From positions 1,407,441-1,471,440 of the forward strand of contig OZ001196.2 of assembly GCA_963921265.3 (NCBI GenBank): a DNA stretch of 64,000 nucleotides. Direction: 5' to 3'. The notes below the pieces were generated by a model, which worked only from the letters and a program-made list of their open reading frames with translations, was not told where the DNA came from and made no database searches. The stretch comes from Kordiimonas sp. (lineage in GTDB: Bacteria > Pseudomonadota > Alphaproteobacteria > Sphingomonadales > Kordiimonadaceae). Positions 50,989-61,246 of this stretch are shown piece after piece (position 1 is the stretch's first letter; each line of letters opens with the position of its first letter). The position numbers and the translations under genes are program-made.

Positions 50989-52290
50989 ATGACGGACAAA
51001 CAACCAACACCCATCACTCAGTACTATCGCGACCATCCGGATGGCCCGGAAGGTGCTGACAAAGATCTTTTTGGCCGTGTGGCGGATAGCAACCGTCGTG
51101 GTTTCCTACGCAATATGGGGCTTGCCGCCATGGGAACTGTTGTAGGGGCCGCCATTCCTTTTCACCGCAACATGCCCTCAGGCCTGATTCCAGTTGCACT
51201 TGCTCAGGCGTCCATTGAAGGCACAAAATCCGGCATCCGCATTTTAAATGACCGTCCCTTCAATGCCGAAACACCAGCGCATTTACTGGACGAAGACGTC
51301 ACATCCAATAGCCGCCATTTTGTACGCAACAACGGACTGATGCCGACAGATATGGCTGCCGAAAGCTGGCAGCTTACTGTTGATGGGTTTGTTGACAATC
51401 CTCTCACTCTTTCCATTGCTGACCTGCGACGCGATTTTGAGGTTGTGAGCAAGCAGCTCGTTATTGAATGCGGTGGCAATGGTCGCGCCATGTTCAATCC
51501 ACCGGCAAGGGGTAACCAATGGACCCACGGCGCTGTGGGTTGTTCCGAATGGACGGGCGTGCGGTTGCGCGATGTCTTGAATGCTGCTGGCGCGCAGAGC
51601 AACGCAATCTATACCGCCCATGAGGGTGCCGACATTCACTTGTCCGGCAAAGCTGACAAAATGCCAATTTCGCGTGGTATGCCAATCGCCAAAGCAATGG
51701 ACGAAGCCAACTTGATCGCCTTTGGCCAAAACGGCGGCGACATTAATCCCCTGAATGGGGCACCGCTCAGACTGGTGGTGCCAGGGTGGCCAGGTAGCTG
51801 CTCTCAAAAGTGGCTGACGCGTATTTGGTTGCGTGACCAGGTTCATGACGGCCCCAAAATGACCGGCACTTCATACCGCGTTCCGAAGTATCCGGTTGCC
51901 CCCGGCACAAAAGTACCAACGGAAGATTTCGAAATCATAGAAGCGATGCCCGTGAAATCCCTAATCACCTCACCTGAAACGGGAATTGAGGGCGCTCCCC
52001 GTAGCTTCGAAGTACGCGGGCATGCCTGGGCGGGCGACACAACTGTTGAAGCCGTTGATATTTCCTACGACTTTGGCGCCACGCGGCAACGCACAACCCT
52101 TTCTGCACCAGCAAATAAAGGTGCCTGGCAACGTTGGCGCACCACAGTTGAATTACCAGAAGCAGGATACTATGAGATTTGGGCGCGTGCGACGGACGCC
52201 AACGGCGTTGCTCAACCATTCGCCATTGACTGGAACCCAAAAGGCTATTTGAACAACAGTTTCCACCGCGTCGCTGTAACTGTTGCCTGA
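50989..52290 (+). CDS. Periplasmic molybdopterin oxidoreductase, sulfite-oxidase/SorA-like
   Basis: Tat signal (NRRGFLRNMGLAAMG) and the Mo-ligand cysteine context VIECGGNGR. SUOX-fold length with a C-terminal dimerisation domain. Confidence 0.85.
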   Translation: MTDKQPTPITQYYRDHPDGPEGADKDLFGRVADSNRRGFLRNMGLAAMGTVVGAAIPFHRNMPSGLIPVALAQASIEGTKSGIRILNDRPFNAETPAHLLDEDVTSNSRHFVRNNGLMPTDMAAESWQLTVDGFVDNPLTLSIADLRRDFEVVSKQLVIECGGNGRAMFNPPARGNQWTHGAVGCSEWTGVRLRDVLNAAGAQSNAIYTAHEGADIHLSGKADKMPISRGMPIAKAMDEANLIAFGQNGGDINPLNGAPLRLVVPGWPGSCSQKWLTRIWLRDQVHDGPKMTGTSYRVPKYPVAPGTKVPTEDFEIIEAMPVKSLITSPETGIEGAPRSFEVRGHAWAGDTTVEAVDISYDFGATRQRTTLSAPANKGAWQRWRTTVELPEAGYYEIWARATDANGVAQPFAIDWNPKGYLNNSFHRVAVTVA

Positions 52291-52305
52291 GTATTGAGTT
52301 TGACC

Positions 52306-52950
52306 ATGATGAAGCCATTAATAGCTTTCGCGATTACCCTTGCCTCCTTCAGCCTACCGTCTCTTGCTCAAGACGACGCAAAGGCAGAGCGCCTTTTCCG
52401 GCGTTGCGCCGCCTGTCACACGCTGGAAGAAGGTGGCCGCAACCGCGTGGGCCCGAACCTCTTTGGGGTGTTTGACCGAGATATCGCAAGTCGCGATGAC
52501 TTCAGGTATAGCGACGCATTGCTGTCTCTAGAAGGCCGTTGGAACGACGAAGCCATCAACCAATATTTACTGTCGCCGCGCACATACGCACGCGGCACCA
52601 AAATGGCATTTGCCGGCATTCGCAAAACCGAAGACCGGCTTCTCCTGATTGATTGGTTGAAGCGGGAAACAGCGAGTGCAACAGAAGCCACCCCGGCAGT
52701 GACCAGTGACCCTGACTTGGCTTTGTTGCCGGACGGACTCGGCAAACAAGAAACTTTTGACGGCTGCGCCAGCTGCCATTCCATCAAACTGGTTGTGCAA
52801 CAAGGCCTCGACAAAGATGGCTGGCTCGAGGTGATCGAGTGGATGGTTGATGAGCAAGGAATGGACCCGCTTGAAGATGACCTAACTGATACGATCACAG
52901 ATTATCTCGCCACACATTTTGGCGTGGACCGTCCAAATTTTCCACAATAG
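52306..52950 (+). CDS. Dihaem c-type cytochrome (cytochrome c2-like module plus a second CxxCH module)
   Basis: Signal peptide, CAACH with GPNLFGV...TKMAF (class I c2-like), then a second CASCH module. It starts 4-16 nt after the molybdoenzyme stop. Confidence 0.8.
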   Translation: MMKPLIAFAITLASFSLPSLAQDDAKAERLFRRCAACHTLEEGGRNRVGPNLFGVFDRDIASRDDFRYSDALLSLEGRWNDEAINQYLLSPRTYARGTKMAFAGIRKTEDRLLLIDWLKRETASATEATPAVTSDPDLALLPDGLGKQETFDGCASCHSIKLVVQQGLDKDGWLEVIEWMVDEQGMDPLEDDLTDTITDYLATHFGVDRPNFPQ

Positions 52951-52952
52951 TT

Positions 52953-53597
52953 CTATAAATTATCAAGCGCTTGTGCGAAGGCCTCAACAGCTTCAACAGG
53001 CCCACCCGGATAGTTCCAAACACCCGAACTGACCGCCACAAAATGCGCGCCTGCCTGCGCTACGTCCCGGCAGTTGTCTACTGTAATGCCACCAATGGCA
53101 ACACAGGGAATTTCAGTCACCTCATCCCATGCTGTTAATATCTCGAGCTCCGGCTGAAATTCAGTTTCCTTAGTGCTTGTTGGGAAAAAGGCACCAAACG
53201 CTACATAGTCTGCCCCTGCTTCCCCTGCTTCATACGCCAAATGGGTACTGTCGTGGCATGTGACACCAATGTCTTTGTCATGACCCAGAAGGGTACGCAC
53301 TGTTCGCACATCCCCGTCGTGTTGGCCTATGTGCACGCCGTCAGCATTCACCTCGGCCGCCAAATCCGCGCGGTCGTTCAATATGAACGCAACATCATGC
53401 TTGTGGCACACCGCCATCAAATCAGAGGCAGTGTTCTTGATCACATCGTCCGAAACGTTCTTCAAACGAAGCTGCAAACACGCGACTTTGCCCGTCGCCA
53501 ACACGGCGTCAAGCGTTCCAGCAAACGCCGCAACATCATCGATTTGCGGCGGCGTTATCAGATAGAGTTCACACACATGTTTGTTTTCAGCAGCCAT
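52953..53597 (-). CDS. thiE: Thiamine-phosphate synthase
   Basis: 214 aa with typical ThiE motifs: LYLITP, LQLR.K, F.LNDR.DLA....ADGVHIGQ.D, GADYVAFG..F.T.TK, AIGGI. Confidence 0.88.
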   Translation of the reverse strand: MAAENKHVCELYLITPPQIDDVAAFAGTLDAVLATGKVACLQLRLKNVSDDVIKNTASDLMAVCHKHDVAFILNDRADLAAEVNADGVHIGQHDGDVRTVRTLLGHDKDIGVTCHDSTHLAYEAGEAGADYVAFGAFFPTSTKETEFQPELEILTAWDEVTEIPCVAIGGITVDNCRDVAQAGAHFVAVSSGVWNYPGGPVEAVEAFAQALDNL

Positions 53598-53682
53598 AGA
53601 ATAATCCCCTTTGGGTGGTACCCACAGGTCTAATCATATGTGTCATAAAATACAATGTGAACAGCAGCGTTGCCGCTGGTTT

Positions 53683-54744
53683 TTAGCCAGCGACTGTACG
53701 GTCTTTAGATTTGAGATCCACAAAAGCTTCGTCAAGGCGTGACACCATGGATTGCTCAGCTGCACGCAGCCAAACACGGGGGTCATACTGCTTTTTGTAA
53801 GGCGTGCCATCATCGGGGTGCACTTGCCATTTGAAGGCATTCTGGTTCTCGTTGACATACGTACCAACTGCTTCTGCAAAGGCAAACTGAGTGTCGGTAT
53901 CGATGTTCATTTTGAAGACACCGTACTCCAGCGCCTCTTCAATCTTAGCCTTCTCAGAACCGGAGCCACCATGGAAAACAAAGTGAAGCGGGTTAGCAGC
54001 TGTGCCACGTTCTTTTTCAACCATCGCCTGCGATGCCTGTAGAATTTCTGGGCGTAGCTTCACATTACCAGGCTTGTATACACCGTGCACATTGCCAAAT
54101 GATGCAGCGACCGAGAAGTGACCGAGTGGTGTCAGAAGGTCATAAGCCTGCAAAACATCTTCGGGCTGAGTGTACAGGCTTGGGTTTTCAAAATCGTCGT
54201 CAACGTCAGACCCTACACCGTCTTCTTCGCCGCCCGTCACACCAAGTTCAATTTCAAGGCTCATGCCAAGCGGCGTCATTTCCTTTAGAACACGCGCACA
54301 GGTTTCCAAATTGTCGCCAATCGGCTCCTCGGAGAGGTCCAGCATGTGTGAGCTATAGAGCGGAACGCCTTCACGCTTGATGTTCTGACGGCTTTCTTCC
54401 ACCAGCGCCTCTACCCATGGCACCAGCTTACGGTTAGCGTGATCTGTATGAAGAACTACACAAATACCATAGTGTTCAGCGAGCAATTGAACGTGCTTTG
54501 CTGCGGATACAGCCCCTAGCACTTTTGCCCGAAAACCATCTTCCATGCCTTTTCCGGCATAAAACTGCGCACCACTATTAGAGAACTGGATAATAACATC
54601 AGACTTGTTTTTGGCTGCTGCTTCCATCACAGCATTAAGCGAACTGGTGCCCACCACATTCACCGCCGGCAAGGCGTAACCGCCCTCTTTGCAAGCTTCG
54701 ACTAGTTTTGCGTAATCATCGCCAAAAACGACACCTGGTTTCAT
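53683..54744 (-). CDS. fba: Fructose-bisphosphate aldolase, class II
   Basis: KPGVVFGDDY......A.E.GYALPAVNVVGT.S.NAV.EAAA...S.VIIQFSNSGA. Collinear with E. coli FbaA. LHTDH and HGGSGS are present. Confidence 0.93.
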   Translation of the reverse strand: MKPGVVFGDDYAKLVEACKEGGYALPAVNVVGTSSLNAVMEAAAKNKSDVIIQFSNSGAQFYAGKGMEDGFRAKVLGAVSAAKHVQLLAEHYGICVVLHTDHANRKLVPWVEALVEESRQNIKREGVPLYSSHMLDLSEEPIGDNLETCARVLKEMTPLGMSLEIELGVTGGEEDGVGSDVDDDFENPSLYTQPEDVLQAYDLLTPLGHFSVAASFGNVHGVYKPGNVKLRPEILQASQAMVEKERGTAANPLHFVFHGGSGSEKAKIEEALEYGVFKMNIDTDTQFAFAEAVGTYVNENQNAFKWQVHPDDGTPYKKQYDPRVWLRAAEQSMVSRLDEAFVDLKSKDRTVAG

Positions 54745-54983
54745 CTTCTTCCCCGATCCGGCCGCCGCGTGCTGCCGGTTATTTAAGTTGGACTCTGTCG
54801 TCGGCCAGCCCCTTCACACACGCTGCCGCAACAGCACTTAGTTAGCGTGCCAAGCCGAAATAGGCAATCAAATGACGGTCAATTTCCGCTGTTTTCATAG
54901 ACATTTAACCGAAATCACTCGGTCGCACCAAATGACAGCGCTGACATTGTCGGGCACTTAAAACCACTGCGCTTGTGAGGCAC

Positions 54984-55015
54984 AAAAAAAGCCCCGGACC
55001 AAATGACCCGAGGCT
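54984..55015 (-). terminator. Rho-independent terminator after pgk
   Basis: On the minus strand there is an imperfect GC-rich hairpin (54991-55014) followed by a U7 run (complement of A7 at 54984-54990). Confidence 0.5.
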
Positions 55016-55036
55016 ATTGATTCGACCCTGATGGGA

Positions 55037-56200
55037 TTATCCGAGCGCAGCAACACCTGGCAGCTCGCGACCCTCCATCCATTCAAGGAATGCACCGCCT
55101 GCCGTAGAGATATGCGTAAATTTGTCTTTCACGCCTGCGTGCGCAAGTGCAGCGACTGTGTCGCCACCGCCTGCAACGGTCAAAAGCCCACCCTCTTCAG
55201 TAAGTGCCCCCGCCGCTTTCGCGAGCGCTACCGTTGCCATATCAAACGGCTCCATTTCAAAAGCACCCATTGGGCCATTCCAAACGAGCGTTTTACACTC
55301 TGAAAGAACTTCGGAAAGGGCCAAAACGGAGGCCGGACCTGCATCCAAAATCATCTCATCATCCGAGACTGCGCTCGCTGCTTTCGTTACATTTGCCGCC
55401 TGTGCTTTGAATTCCTTTGCCACCACGACGTCGCTTGGCAGATGAACCGCACAGCCAGCATTCTTGGCATTATCGAGAATCTTAAGTGCCGTATCTTTGA
55501 GATCGTTTTCACACAGGCTAGCGCCAACATCGTGCCCTTGGGCATACAGAAACGTATTTGCCATACCGCCGCCGATAATCAGGTGATCAACTTTCTCAAC
55601 GAGGTTTTCGAGTACCGCGAGCTTCGAGGAAACCTTGGCGCCGCCAACAACCGCAACAACTGGGCGAACCGGTTTACCCAGCGCACTATTAAGCGCCTCA
55701 AGCTCGGCTCCCATGGTTTCGCCTGCGGCAGACGGCAGGAGCTTTGCAATAGCTTCTGTTGACGCGTGGGCGCGGTGCGCTGCAGAGAAGGCATCATTTA
55801 CATAAACGTCACCAAGGGCCGCAAATTTGGCCGCGAGTTCTGGGTCATTCTTTTCTTCACCAGGGAAGAAGCGCGTGTTTTCCATCACCACAACTTCGTC
55901 GCTCGGCAGATCACTGCCCAGCTCCGCAAAGCCAACGCTGCGACCAAGTACTGATGCAAGCACCGGCACAACAGGTTTCAAGCTCATCTCTGGCACTATT
56001 TGCCCTTTGGGTCGTCCGAAATGGGCAAGCAACACTGACCGCCCCCCGGCGGCAACGATCGCATCGACAGTCGGTTTCACAGCTTTAAGACGCGTATCGT
56101 CTGTAACAGCCCCTTCGGCCATGGGCACATTGAGGTCCACGCGGACAATTGCCGTTTTACCGGTTAGGTCGCCAAGGTCTGAAATTCTTTGGAAGGCCAT
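55037..56200 (-). CDS. pgk: Phosphoglycerate kinase
   Basis: [21 protein letters not shown]-type (AHFGRPKG), GGAKVS.K and WNGPMG.FE. Confidence 0.95.
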   Translation of the reverse strand: MAFQRISDLGDLTGKTAIVRVDLNVPMAEGAVTDDTRLKAVKPTVDAIVAAGGRSVLLAHFGRPKGQIVPEMSLKPVVPVLASVLGRSVGFAELGSDLPSDEVVVMENTRFFPGEEKNDPELAAKFAALGDVYVNDAFSAAHRAHASTEAIAKLLPSAAGETMGAELEALNSALGKPVRPVVAVVGGAKVSSKLAVLENLVEKVDHLIIGGGMANTFLYAQGHDVGASLCENDLKDTALKILDNAKNAGCAVHLPSDVVVAKEFKAQAANVTKAASAVSDDEMILDAGPASVLALSEVLSECKTLVWNGPMGAFEMEPFDMATVALAKAAGALTEEGGLLTVAGGGDTVAALAHAGVKDKFTHISTAGGAFLEWMEGRELPGVAALG

Positions 56201-56266
56201 TCTTCAATCCTCAAACAAAAAGGGCGGCCATAAAGACCGCCCATATGCATTACATTGCCAATTCGA

Positions 56267-57274
56267 TTAGCCGAGTTTTGCCATCGCAACCGCCGTGTCA
56301 GACATGCGGTTGGAGAAGCCCCATTCGTTGTCGTACCAGGTCAGAATACGAACGAATTTACCATCGATCACTTTGGTCTGGCTCGCGTCAAATGTTGAAC
56401 TGTTCGGGTTGTGATTAAAGTCGATGCTTACGGCCGGCATGTCCTCAAAACCAAGCACCCCATTAAGGTCACCTTCTGCGGCAGCCTTGATAGCAGCATT
56501 GATTTCTTCCGCTGTGGTATCGCGGCCAGCATCAAACTTCAGGTCAACCATGGAAACGTTTGGTGTTGGAACACGAACCGCAGAACCATCAAGCTTGCCT
56601 GCGAGCTCAGGTAGTACGAGACCAACAGCTTTCGCCGCACCCGTTGATGTCGGGATCATTGAAAGCGCAGCTGCGCGCGCACGGCGAGGGTCGCTGTGCA
56701 GTGTATCAAGTACTGGCTGGTCGCCTGTATAGGCGTGCACCGTTGTCATGTAACCGCGCTCTATGCCTACAAGGTCGTTCAGCACTTTGGCGACGGGTGA
56801 CAAGCAGTTGGTCGTGCAGGACGCGTTTGATACAACTTTATCATCCGCCGTCAGCGTGTCGTGGTTCACACCGTATACGATTGTTTTGTCTGCGTTTGCG
56901 CCCGGCGCTGAAATCAGCACTTTCTTAGCGCCGGCAGTCAGGTGCATAGCAGCTTTGTCGCGCGCCGTGAAAATGCCCGTGCATTCCATCGCGACATCAA
57001 CATTTTCTTCGCCCCATGGCAGTTCTTCAGGGTTGCGAATGGCGGTTACGCGGATCGCGTCACCGTTCACAATCATCTTGTCGCCTTCAACGGACACGTC
57101 ACCCGGGAATGGGCCGTGCACGCTGTCTCGCTTCAGCAAGTAAGCGTTCATTTCCACGTCGCCCAAGTCGTTGATGGCCACAACTTTAATGTCTGTGCGA
57201 CCGCTTTCATAAATGGCGCGCAGCACGTTACGACCGATGCGACCAAAACCGTTAATTGATACTCTGACTGTCAT
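56267..57274 (-). CDS. gap: Glyceraldehyde-3-phosphate dehydrogenase
   Basis: ATG 57274 follows GGAG. Contains INGFGRIGR, the active site [10 protein letters not shown] and WYDNEWG. Confidence 0.95.
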   Translation of the reverse strand: MTVRVSINGFGRIGRNVLRAIYESGRTDIKVVAINDLGDVEMNAYLLKRDSVHGPFPGDVSVEGDKMIVNGDAIRVTAIRNPEELPWGEENVDVAMECTGIFTARDKAAMHLTAGAKKVLISAPGANADKTIVYGVNHDTLTADDKVVSNASCTTNCLSPVAKVLNDLVGIERGYMTTVHAYTGDQPVLDTLHSDPRRARAAALSMIPTSTGAAKAVGLVLPELAGKLDGSAVRVPTPNVSMVDLKFDAGRDTTAEEINAAIKAAAEGDLNGVLGFEDMPAVSIDFNHNPNSSTFDASQTKVIDGKFVRILTWYDNEWGFSNRMSDTAVAMAKLG

Positions 57275-57327
57275 GGAGGTTCTCCTCAAAAATAGATTTT
57301 GCGAGGCCGAAGCCGCGCGAGAATTCC

Positions 57328-59331
57328 CTAAAGCTTGGCTTGTACAGCAGCGACCAATGCGTCAGCTGTAATACCAAAGTACTCATATAGCTCCCCAGCT
57401 GGCGCAGATGCACCAAAACTGTTCATACCGATTTGAACGCCATCGATGCCAGTATAACGTTCCCAACCGAAAGTCGCGCCAGCTTCAATTGAAGCCTTCA
57501 GCACGCCTGCCGGAAGCACCGATGCTCTATAGGCGTCGTCCTGTGCATCAAAAAGTTCTGTGCACGGCATTGAAACAACACGTGTTGGTGTTCCCTCTGC
57601 CTGCAATGCTTCACGGGCAGCGGCAGCAATCTCGACTTCAGAACCAGTCGCGATCAACACAACAGCTGCATCTCCCCCTTCCGCTTCGTGCAGGATGTAA
57701 CCACCCTTTGCGCAAAGATTTTCATCTTCGCGGGTCAAACGTTGTTGAGCCAAACCCTGACGCGTCAGCGACAACACGCTTGGTGTCGTTTTATCTGCCA
57801 TCGCCAGTGCCCAACACTCGGCCGTTTCAACGGCGTCACATGGGCGGAACACATGAAGGTTCGGCATGGCACGCAAGCTCATGACATGCTCAACCGGCTG
57901 GTGTGTTGGCCCGTCTTCGCCAAGACCAATACTGTCGTGCGTCATGACAAAAATCGATCGTTGCCCCATAAGAGCTGCAAGACGAATGGCTGGTCGCGCA
58001 TAATCGGTAAACACAAGGAACGTGCCACCGTACGGAATGTGCTGGCCATATAGGGCGAGACCATTCATTGCTGCGCACATTTCAAATTCCCGAATCCCGT
58101 AATAAACGTAACGGCCAGAGAAATCATCGGCCGAAATCGGCGCAGTTTGCGACGTTTTGGTGAGGTTTGAACCCGTTAGGTCTGCGGAACCGCCAATTGT
58201 TTCCGGCACTGCTGCATTAACCACCTCAAGCGCCATTTGACTTGCTTTGCGCGTCGCCACTTTCACGGGCTCTGCAACCAATTGCGCCTTATAATCGATG
58301 ATAGCCTGATCAAATGCCTTCGGCAGGTCACCGGCAATCCGGCGCTCAAAATCCTGTTTGACGAAGTCATCAAGTGCGTCAAACTTCTTTTGCCATGCCG
58401 CTGAGAGTTTCGCACCTTCCGCGCCAACCGCACGCCATGCGCTTAGCACATCATCCGGCACCACAAACGGGTCTGCTGACCAGTTTAGAAGGTCACGGGC
58501 TGCAGCAATTTCTTCGTCACCGAGCGGCGCGCCGTGCGTGGCGGCTGTACCCTGTTTGGTTGGTGCGCCGTAACCAATCGTGGTTTTGCATGCGATCATT
58601 GAAGGTAGTTCACTGGCTTGCGCTTCAGCAATTGCAGCTTCAATGGCTTCCGGATCATGGCCATCAACAGACTGCACATGCCAACCGGCCGCTTCAAAGC
58701 GCCCGTGCATGTCTTCGCTGGTTGAGAGGTCCGTGCCGCCATCAATAGAAATTGAGTTGTCGTCCCAAAGCACAATCATTTTCGAAAGGCGCAAGTGGCC
58801 AGCCAGAGAGATCGCTTCCTGGCTAACACCTTCCATCAAGCAACCATCGCCCGCCAACACATAAGTGAAATGATCTGTGATTTCGTCGCCGTATTCTGCG
58901 TTAGAAAGGCGCTCACCCAGTGCCATACCAACTGATGTTGCCAAACCCTGGCCAAGCGGGCCTGTCGTCACTTCAATACCCGGGCATTCACCAAATTCCG
59001 GGTGACCGGCAGTTGGGCTGTGCAATTGGCGGAAGTTTTTGATGTCTTCCATCGTTGGGCGCTCATAGCCCGTCAAGTGCAAGAGCGAATAAATCAGCAT
59101 TGACCCATGGCCGGCAGAAAGCACAAAGCGATCGCGATTTGGCCATGTTGGATTTACCGGGTCAAAGCGCAAAAACTTTGTAAACAAAACTGTCGCGACG
59201 TCCGCCATGCCCATAGGCATTCCCGGGTGGCCAGAGTTCGCACGTTGGATCGCATCCATCGACAGAGCGCGGATTGCATTGGCCATATTGTTGTGAAGGT
59301 CTGTTTCGGCAGAAAAACTAGTATCGTTCAT
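57328..59331 (-). CDS. tkt: Transketolase
   Basis: 667 aa. Contains [46 protein letters not shown]. Confidence 0.95.
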   Translation of the reverse strand: MNDTSFSAETDLHNNMANAIRALSMDAIQRANSGHPGMPMGMADVATVLFTKFLRFDPVNPTWPNRDRFVLSAGHGSMLIYSLLHLTGYERPTMEDIKNFRQLHSPTAGHPEFGECPGIEVTTGPLGQGLATSVGMALGERLSNAEYGDEITDHFTYVLAGDGCLMEGVSQEAISLAGHLRLSKMIVLWDDNSISIDGGTDLSTSEDMHGRFEAAGWHVQSVDGHDPEAIEAAIAEAQASELPSMIACKTTIGYGAPTKQGTAATHGAPLGDEEIAAARDLLNWSADPFVVPDDVLSAWRAVGAEGAKLSAAWQKKFDALDDFVKQDFERRIAGDLPKAFDQAIIDYKAQLVAEPVKVATRKASQMALEVVNAAVPETIGGSADLTGSNLTKTSQTAPISADDFSGRYVYYGIREFEMCAAMNGLALYGQHIPYGGTFLVFTDYARPAIRLAALMGQRSIFVMTHDSIGLGEDGPTHQPVEHVMSLRAMPNLHVFRPCDAVETAECWALAMADKTTPSVLSLTRQGLAQQRLTREDENLCAKGGYILHEAEGGDAAVVLIATGSEVEIAAAAREALQAEGTPTRVVSMPCTELFDAQDDAYRASVLPAGVLKASIEAGATFGWERYTGIDGVQIGMNSFGASAPAGELYEYFGITADALVAAVQAKL

Positions 59332-59584
59332 GAGGGACCATCTTGAATAATAGGTTAGCTGGAGTTCCCGACTAAAAGTGCCTCTACATGGCTGGGAACA
59401 GCGCTTTAGTCAACCATTGAACCCAATCCAGATTATGAAAGCGGTTATTTTTCTTGAGTACTGGAAATTGCACAATTGACCTTGTTCGAGCAAACGCCCT
59501 ATCCTCAACGTGTAAACGCGGGTCATCAGGTGTGGTAGGCGCCTGATCGCGGTTGCTCCGAACAGCGAATACCGGGGATTGCTG

Positions 59585-60112
59585 ATGACCGATAAGAACA
59601 ATTCAAATACACTAGAGGATGCAAGAGCGCGACTCGAAGCCGCGCTATCTAGCCTTTCGCAGGAAGTTGCAGCCTACAAAGGTGCGCTTGCTCAATCTCG
59701 AGAAGCCCAGGAAAAAACTATTCAGGAAATGTCAGCTCAGGCCGACCGCTTGTTGACTTTGGAGCAAGAAAATCATCGGCTTCACGAACAGATAGCGGCG
59801 CTGTCACTGCAAGAATCTTCAGATGACAACGGCGATAAAATTGCTTCAATTGAAGCCGAAAAAAACGCCTTGCAACAAAACTACGATTTACTGAAGCGCC
59901 AATACACCAGCCTTCAAGACGAATTCGAAGGGCTGCAGAACCAGATGGGTGACACTTTACCCACTGATAACGAGAGTGACCCAGCCCTTCAGCAGCAATT
60001 GGACGAATTGCTTCGGGAACGAGCTGAGTTAAAATCGGAACTGAACGAAGTTATCGCGGAATTAGAGAGCTACAATTCAGAAGCACAACCTGCAGCAGGG
60101 GGAATGACCTAA
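59585..60112 (+). CDS. Coiled-coil protein upstream of zapA (DUF4164 / ZauP-ZapB-like)
   Basis: 175 aa and almost entirely heptad-like (LEQENHRLHEQIAAL, LQQNYDLLKRQYTSLQDEFEGLQ). Its stop overlaps the zapA start. Confidence 0.65.
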   Translation: MTDKNNSNTLEDARARLEAALSSLSQEVAAYKGALAQSREAQEKTIQEMSAQADRLLTLEQENHRLHEQIAALSLQESSDDNGDKIASIEAEKNALQQNYDLLKRQYTSLQDEFEGLQNQMGDTLPTDNESDPALQQQLDELLRERAELKSELNEVIAELESYNSEAQPAAGGMT

Positions 60113-60429
60113 TGGCCCAGATCACCGTAAATGTTGCAGGAAAATCCTATCCCCTCGCTTGCGCTGACGGCGACGAAGATCGCATCACCAGTCTTGCAGC
60201 TTATATAGATAGCAAAGCGCAAGACCTGACCGGCAAGCTGGGACACGTAAGCGAGACGCGCCTCATACTGATGGCGGCGGTCCTTATTGCTGACGAATTG
60301 CACGATAATCTTGAAGGCAAAGGTGGCCAGGGTCTGCTGAATACCCTTACTGAAGATGACATGGCTTCGGTACTGAATGAAGTGGCCAGCGAAGTAGAAG
60401 GTATTGCACAAGAGCTTGCAAACGCCTAA
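60112..60429 (+). CDS. zapA: Cell division protein ZapA
   Basis: MAQITVNVAGKSYPLACADGDEDRI..LA.YID.KA..L.......ETRLILMAA.LIADEL. Confidence 0.85.
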   Translation: MAQITVNVAGKSYPLACADGDEDRITSLAAYIDSKAQDLTGKLGHVSETRLILMAAVLIADELHDNLEGKGGQGLLNTLTEDDMASVLNEVASEVEGIAQELANA

Positions 60430-60440
60430 ATACACGCGGC

Positions 60441-60610
60441 GGGCTCTGCGCTGTGCGCACGATATGCAGTAATCCCCGGGGCTATAAATTCTCCTAGGGA
60501 GCTGTCCCTGGTTTGGACCGTGGTCCTTACTATTCACGGCGCCCACCTGATTTATCAGGCTACGGAGGATACAAACGTCAACGCGGCAGAAGCGGTCCCG
60601 CACCCTTTTC
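60441..60610 (+). ncRNA. ssrS: Probable 6S RNA
   Basis: A 203-nt non-coding gap lies between zapA and the 5-formyl-THF cyclo-ligase gene, the conserved ssrS position. 5' GGGCUCUGCGCUG can pair imperfectly with 3' CGGCAGAAGCGGUCCC to form a closing stem. There are internal hairpins (CUAGGGA-GCUG-UCCCUGG, CCUGA-UUUA-UCAGG). The ends are approximate. Confidence 0.5.
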
Positions 60611-60632
60611 CCCTCAGCAGGCCACTGCAAAG

Positions 60633-61214
60633 ATGAGTGAGACTACAAACAAAGACAGGCTAAGAGAAACCGCAAAGCGCATGCGCGCTGGTGCAAGAGC
60701 GCTGCTGGGGTTTCACGCCGCCGAAGAAGCAGCTGAGCACGGCCTACAATTACTATCGACCTTGCCCGACACGGCAACCATTGGTGCCTACTGGCCCATA
60801 CGAGACGAACTGGATCCCAGGTTTTTAATGCAAATGCTGGAACGTCATGGCTTCAACCTTGCGCTTCCTGTTGTCGTAGGGCGAGACGAGCCTCTCGTTT
60901 TCAGGCGTTGGGGTTTTGGTGACCCTCTTGAAGTGGGCTCGTTCAAAATCGAGCAGCCCACCGCAGAAGCGCCAACAATCGTCCCTGACGCTCTTATTGT
61001 GCCGCTGCTTGCGTTTGACGCGGATTGTAATCGAATGGGGTACGGTGCAGGCCATTATGACCGAACACTGGCACAGCATCCCCACATAAAGGCTTTTGGC
61101 TTTGCTTACGCCGCCCAATATGTGGAAAATATGCCGGTTGAAGTGCACGATTGGCCGCTTCAAGGTGTAATTACGGAAACCGGCACGGTTTTACCCCGTA
61201 AAAAGAGGGGATAG
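60633..61214 (+). CDS. 5-formyltetrahydrofolate cyclo-ligase
   Basis: ATG 60633 (MSETTNKDRLR). Contains IGAYWPIRDELD, LALPVV, D..IVPLLAFD....R.GYG.G.YDR. The ORF-track start at 60513 would run through the 6S region. Confidence 0.85.
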   Translation: MSETTNKDRLRETAKRMRAGARALLGFHAAEEAAEHGLQLLSTLPDTATIGAYWPIRDELDPRFLMQMLERHGFNLALPVVVGRDEPLVFRRWGFGDPLEVGSFKIEQPTAEAPTIVPDALIVPLLAFDADCNRMGYGAGHYDRTLAQHPHIKAFGFAYAAQYVENMPVEVHDWPLQGVITETGTVLPRKKRG

Positions 61215-61246
61215 CCTGCTCAGCGGGCCAGCACAGAAAGTATTGT

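Noticed and set aside
52948-52955. Three convergent gene pairs have essentially no spacer: cytochrome c/thiE (2-nt gap), sulfotransferase/serine hydrolase (4-nt overlap at 42921-42924) and kbl/membrane protein (41-nt overlap at 3723-3763). I considered these as possible antisense-regulation sites.
   Set aside because: This is common in compact genomes. No hairpin or conserved element is visible, and the 41-nt overlap may simply reflect an uncertain 3' end of a weakly supported gene.
60109-60630. A 173-aa minus-strand ORF, and the N-terminal extension of the 5-FCL ORF from 60513, both span the zapA/6S region.
   Set aside because: zapA is well supported on the plus strand. The 5-FCL family N-terminus begins at ATG 60633, and the gap matches the conserved ssrS position.
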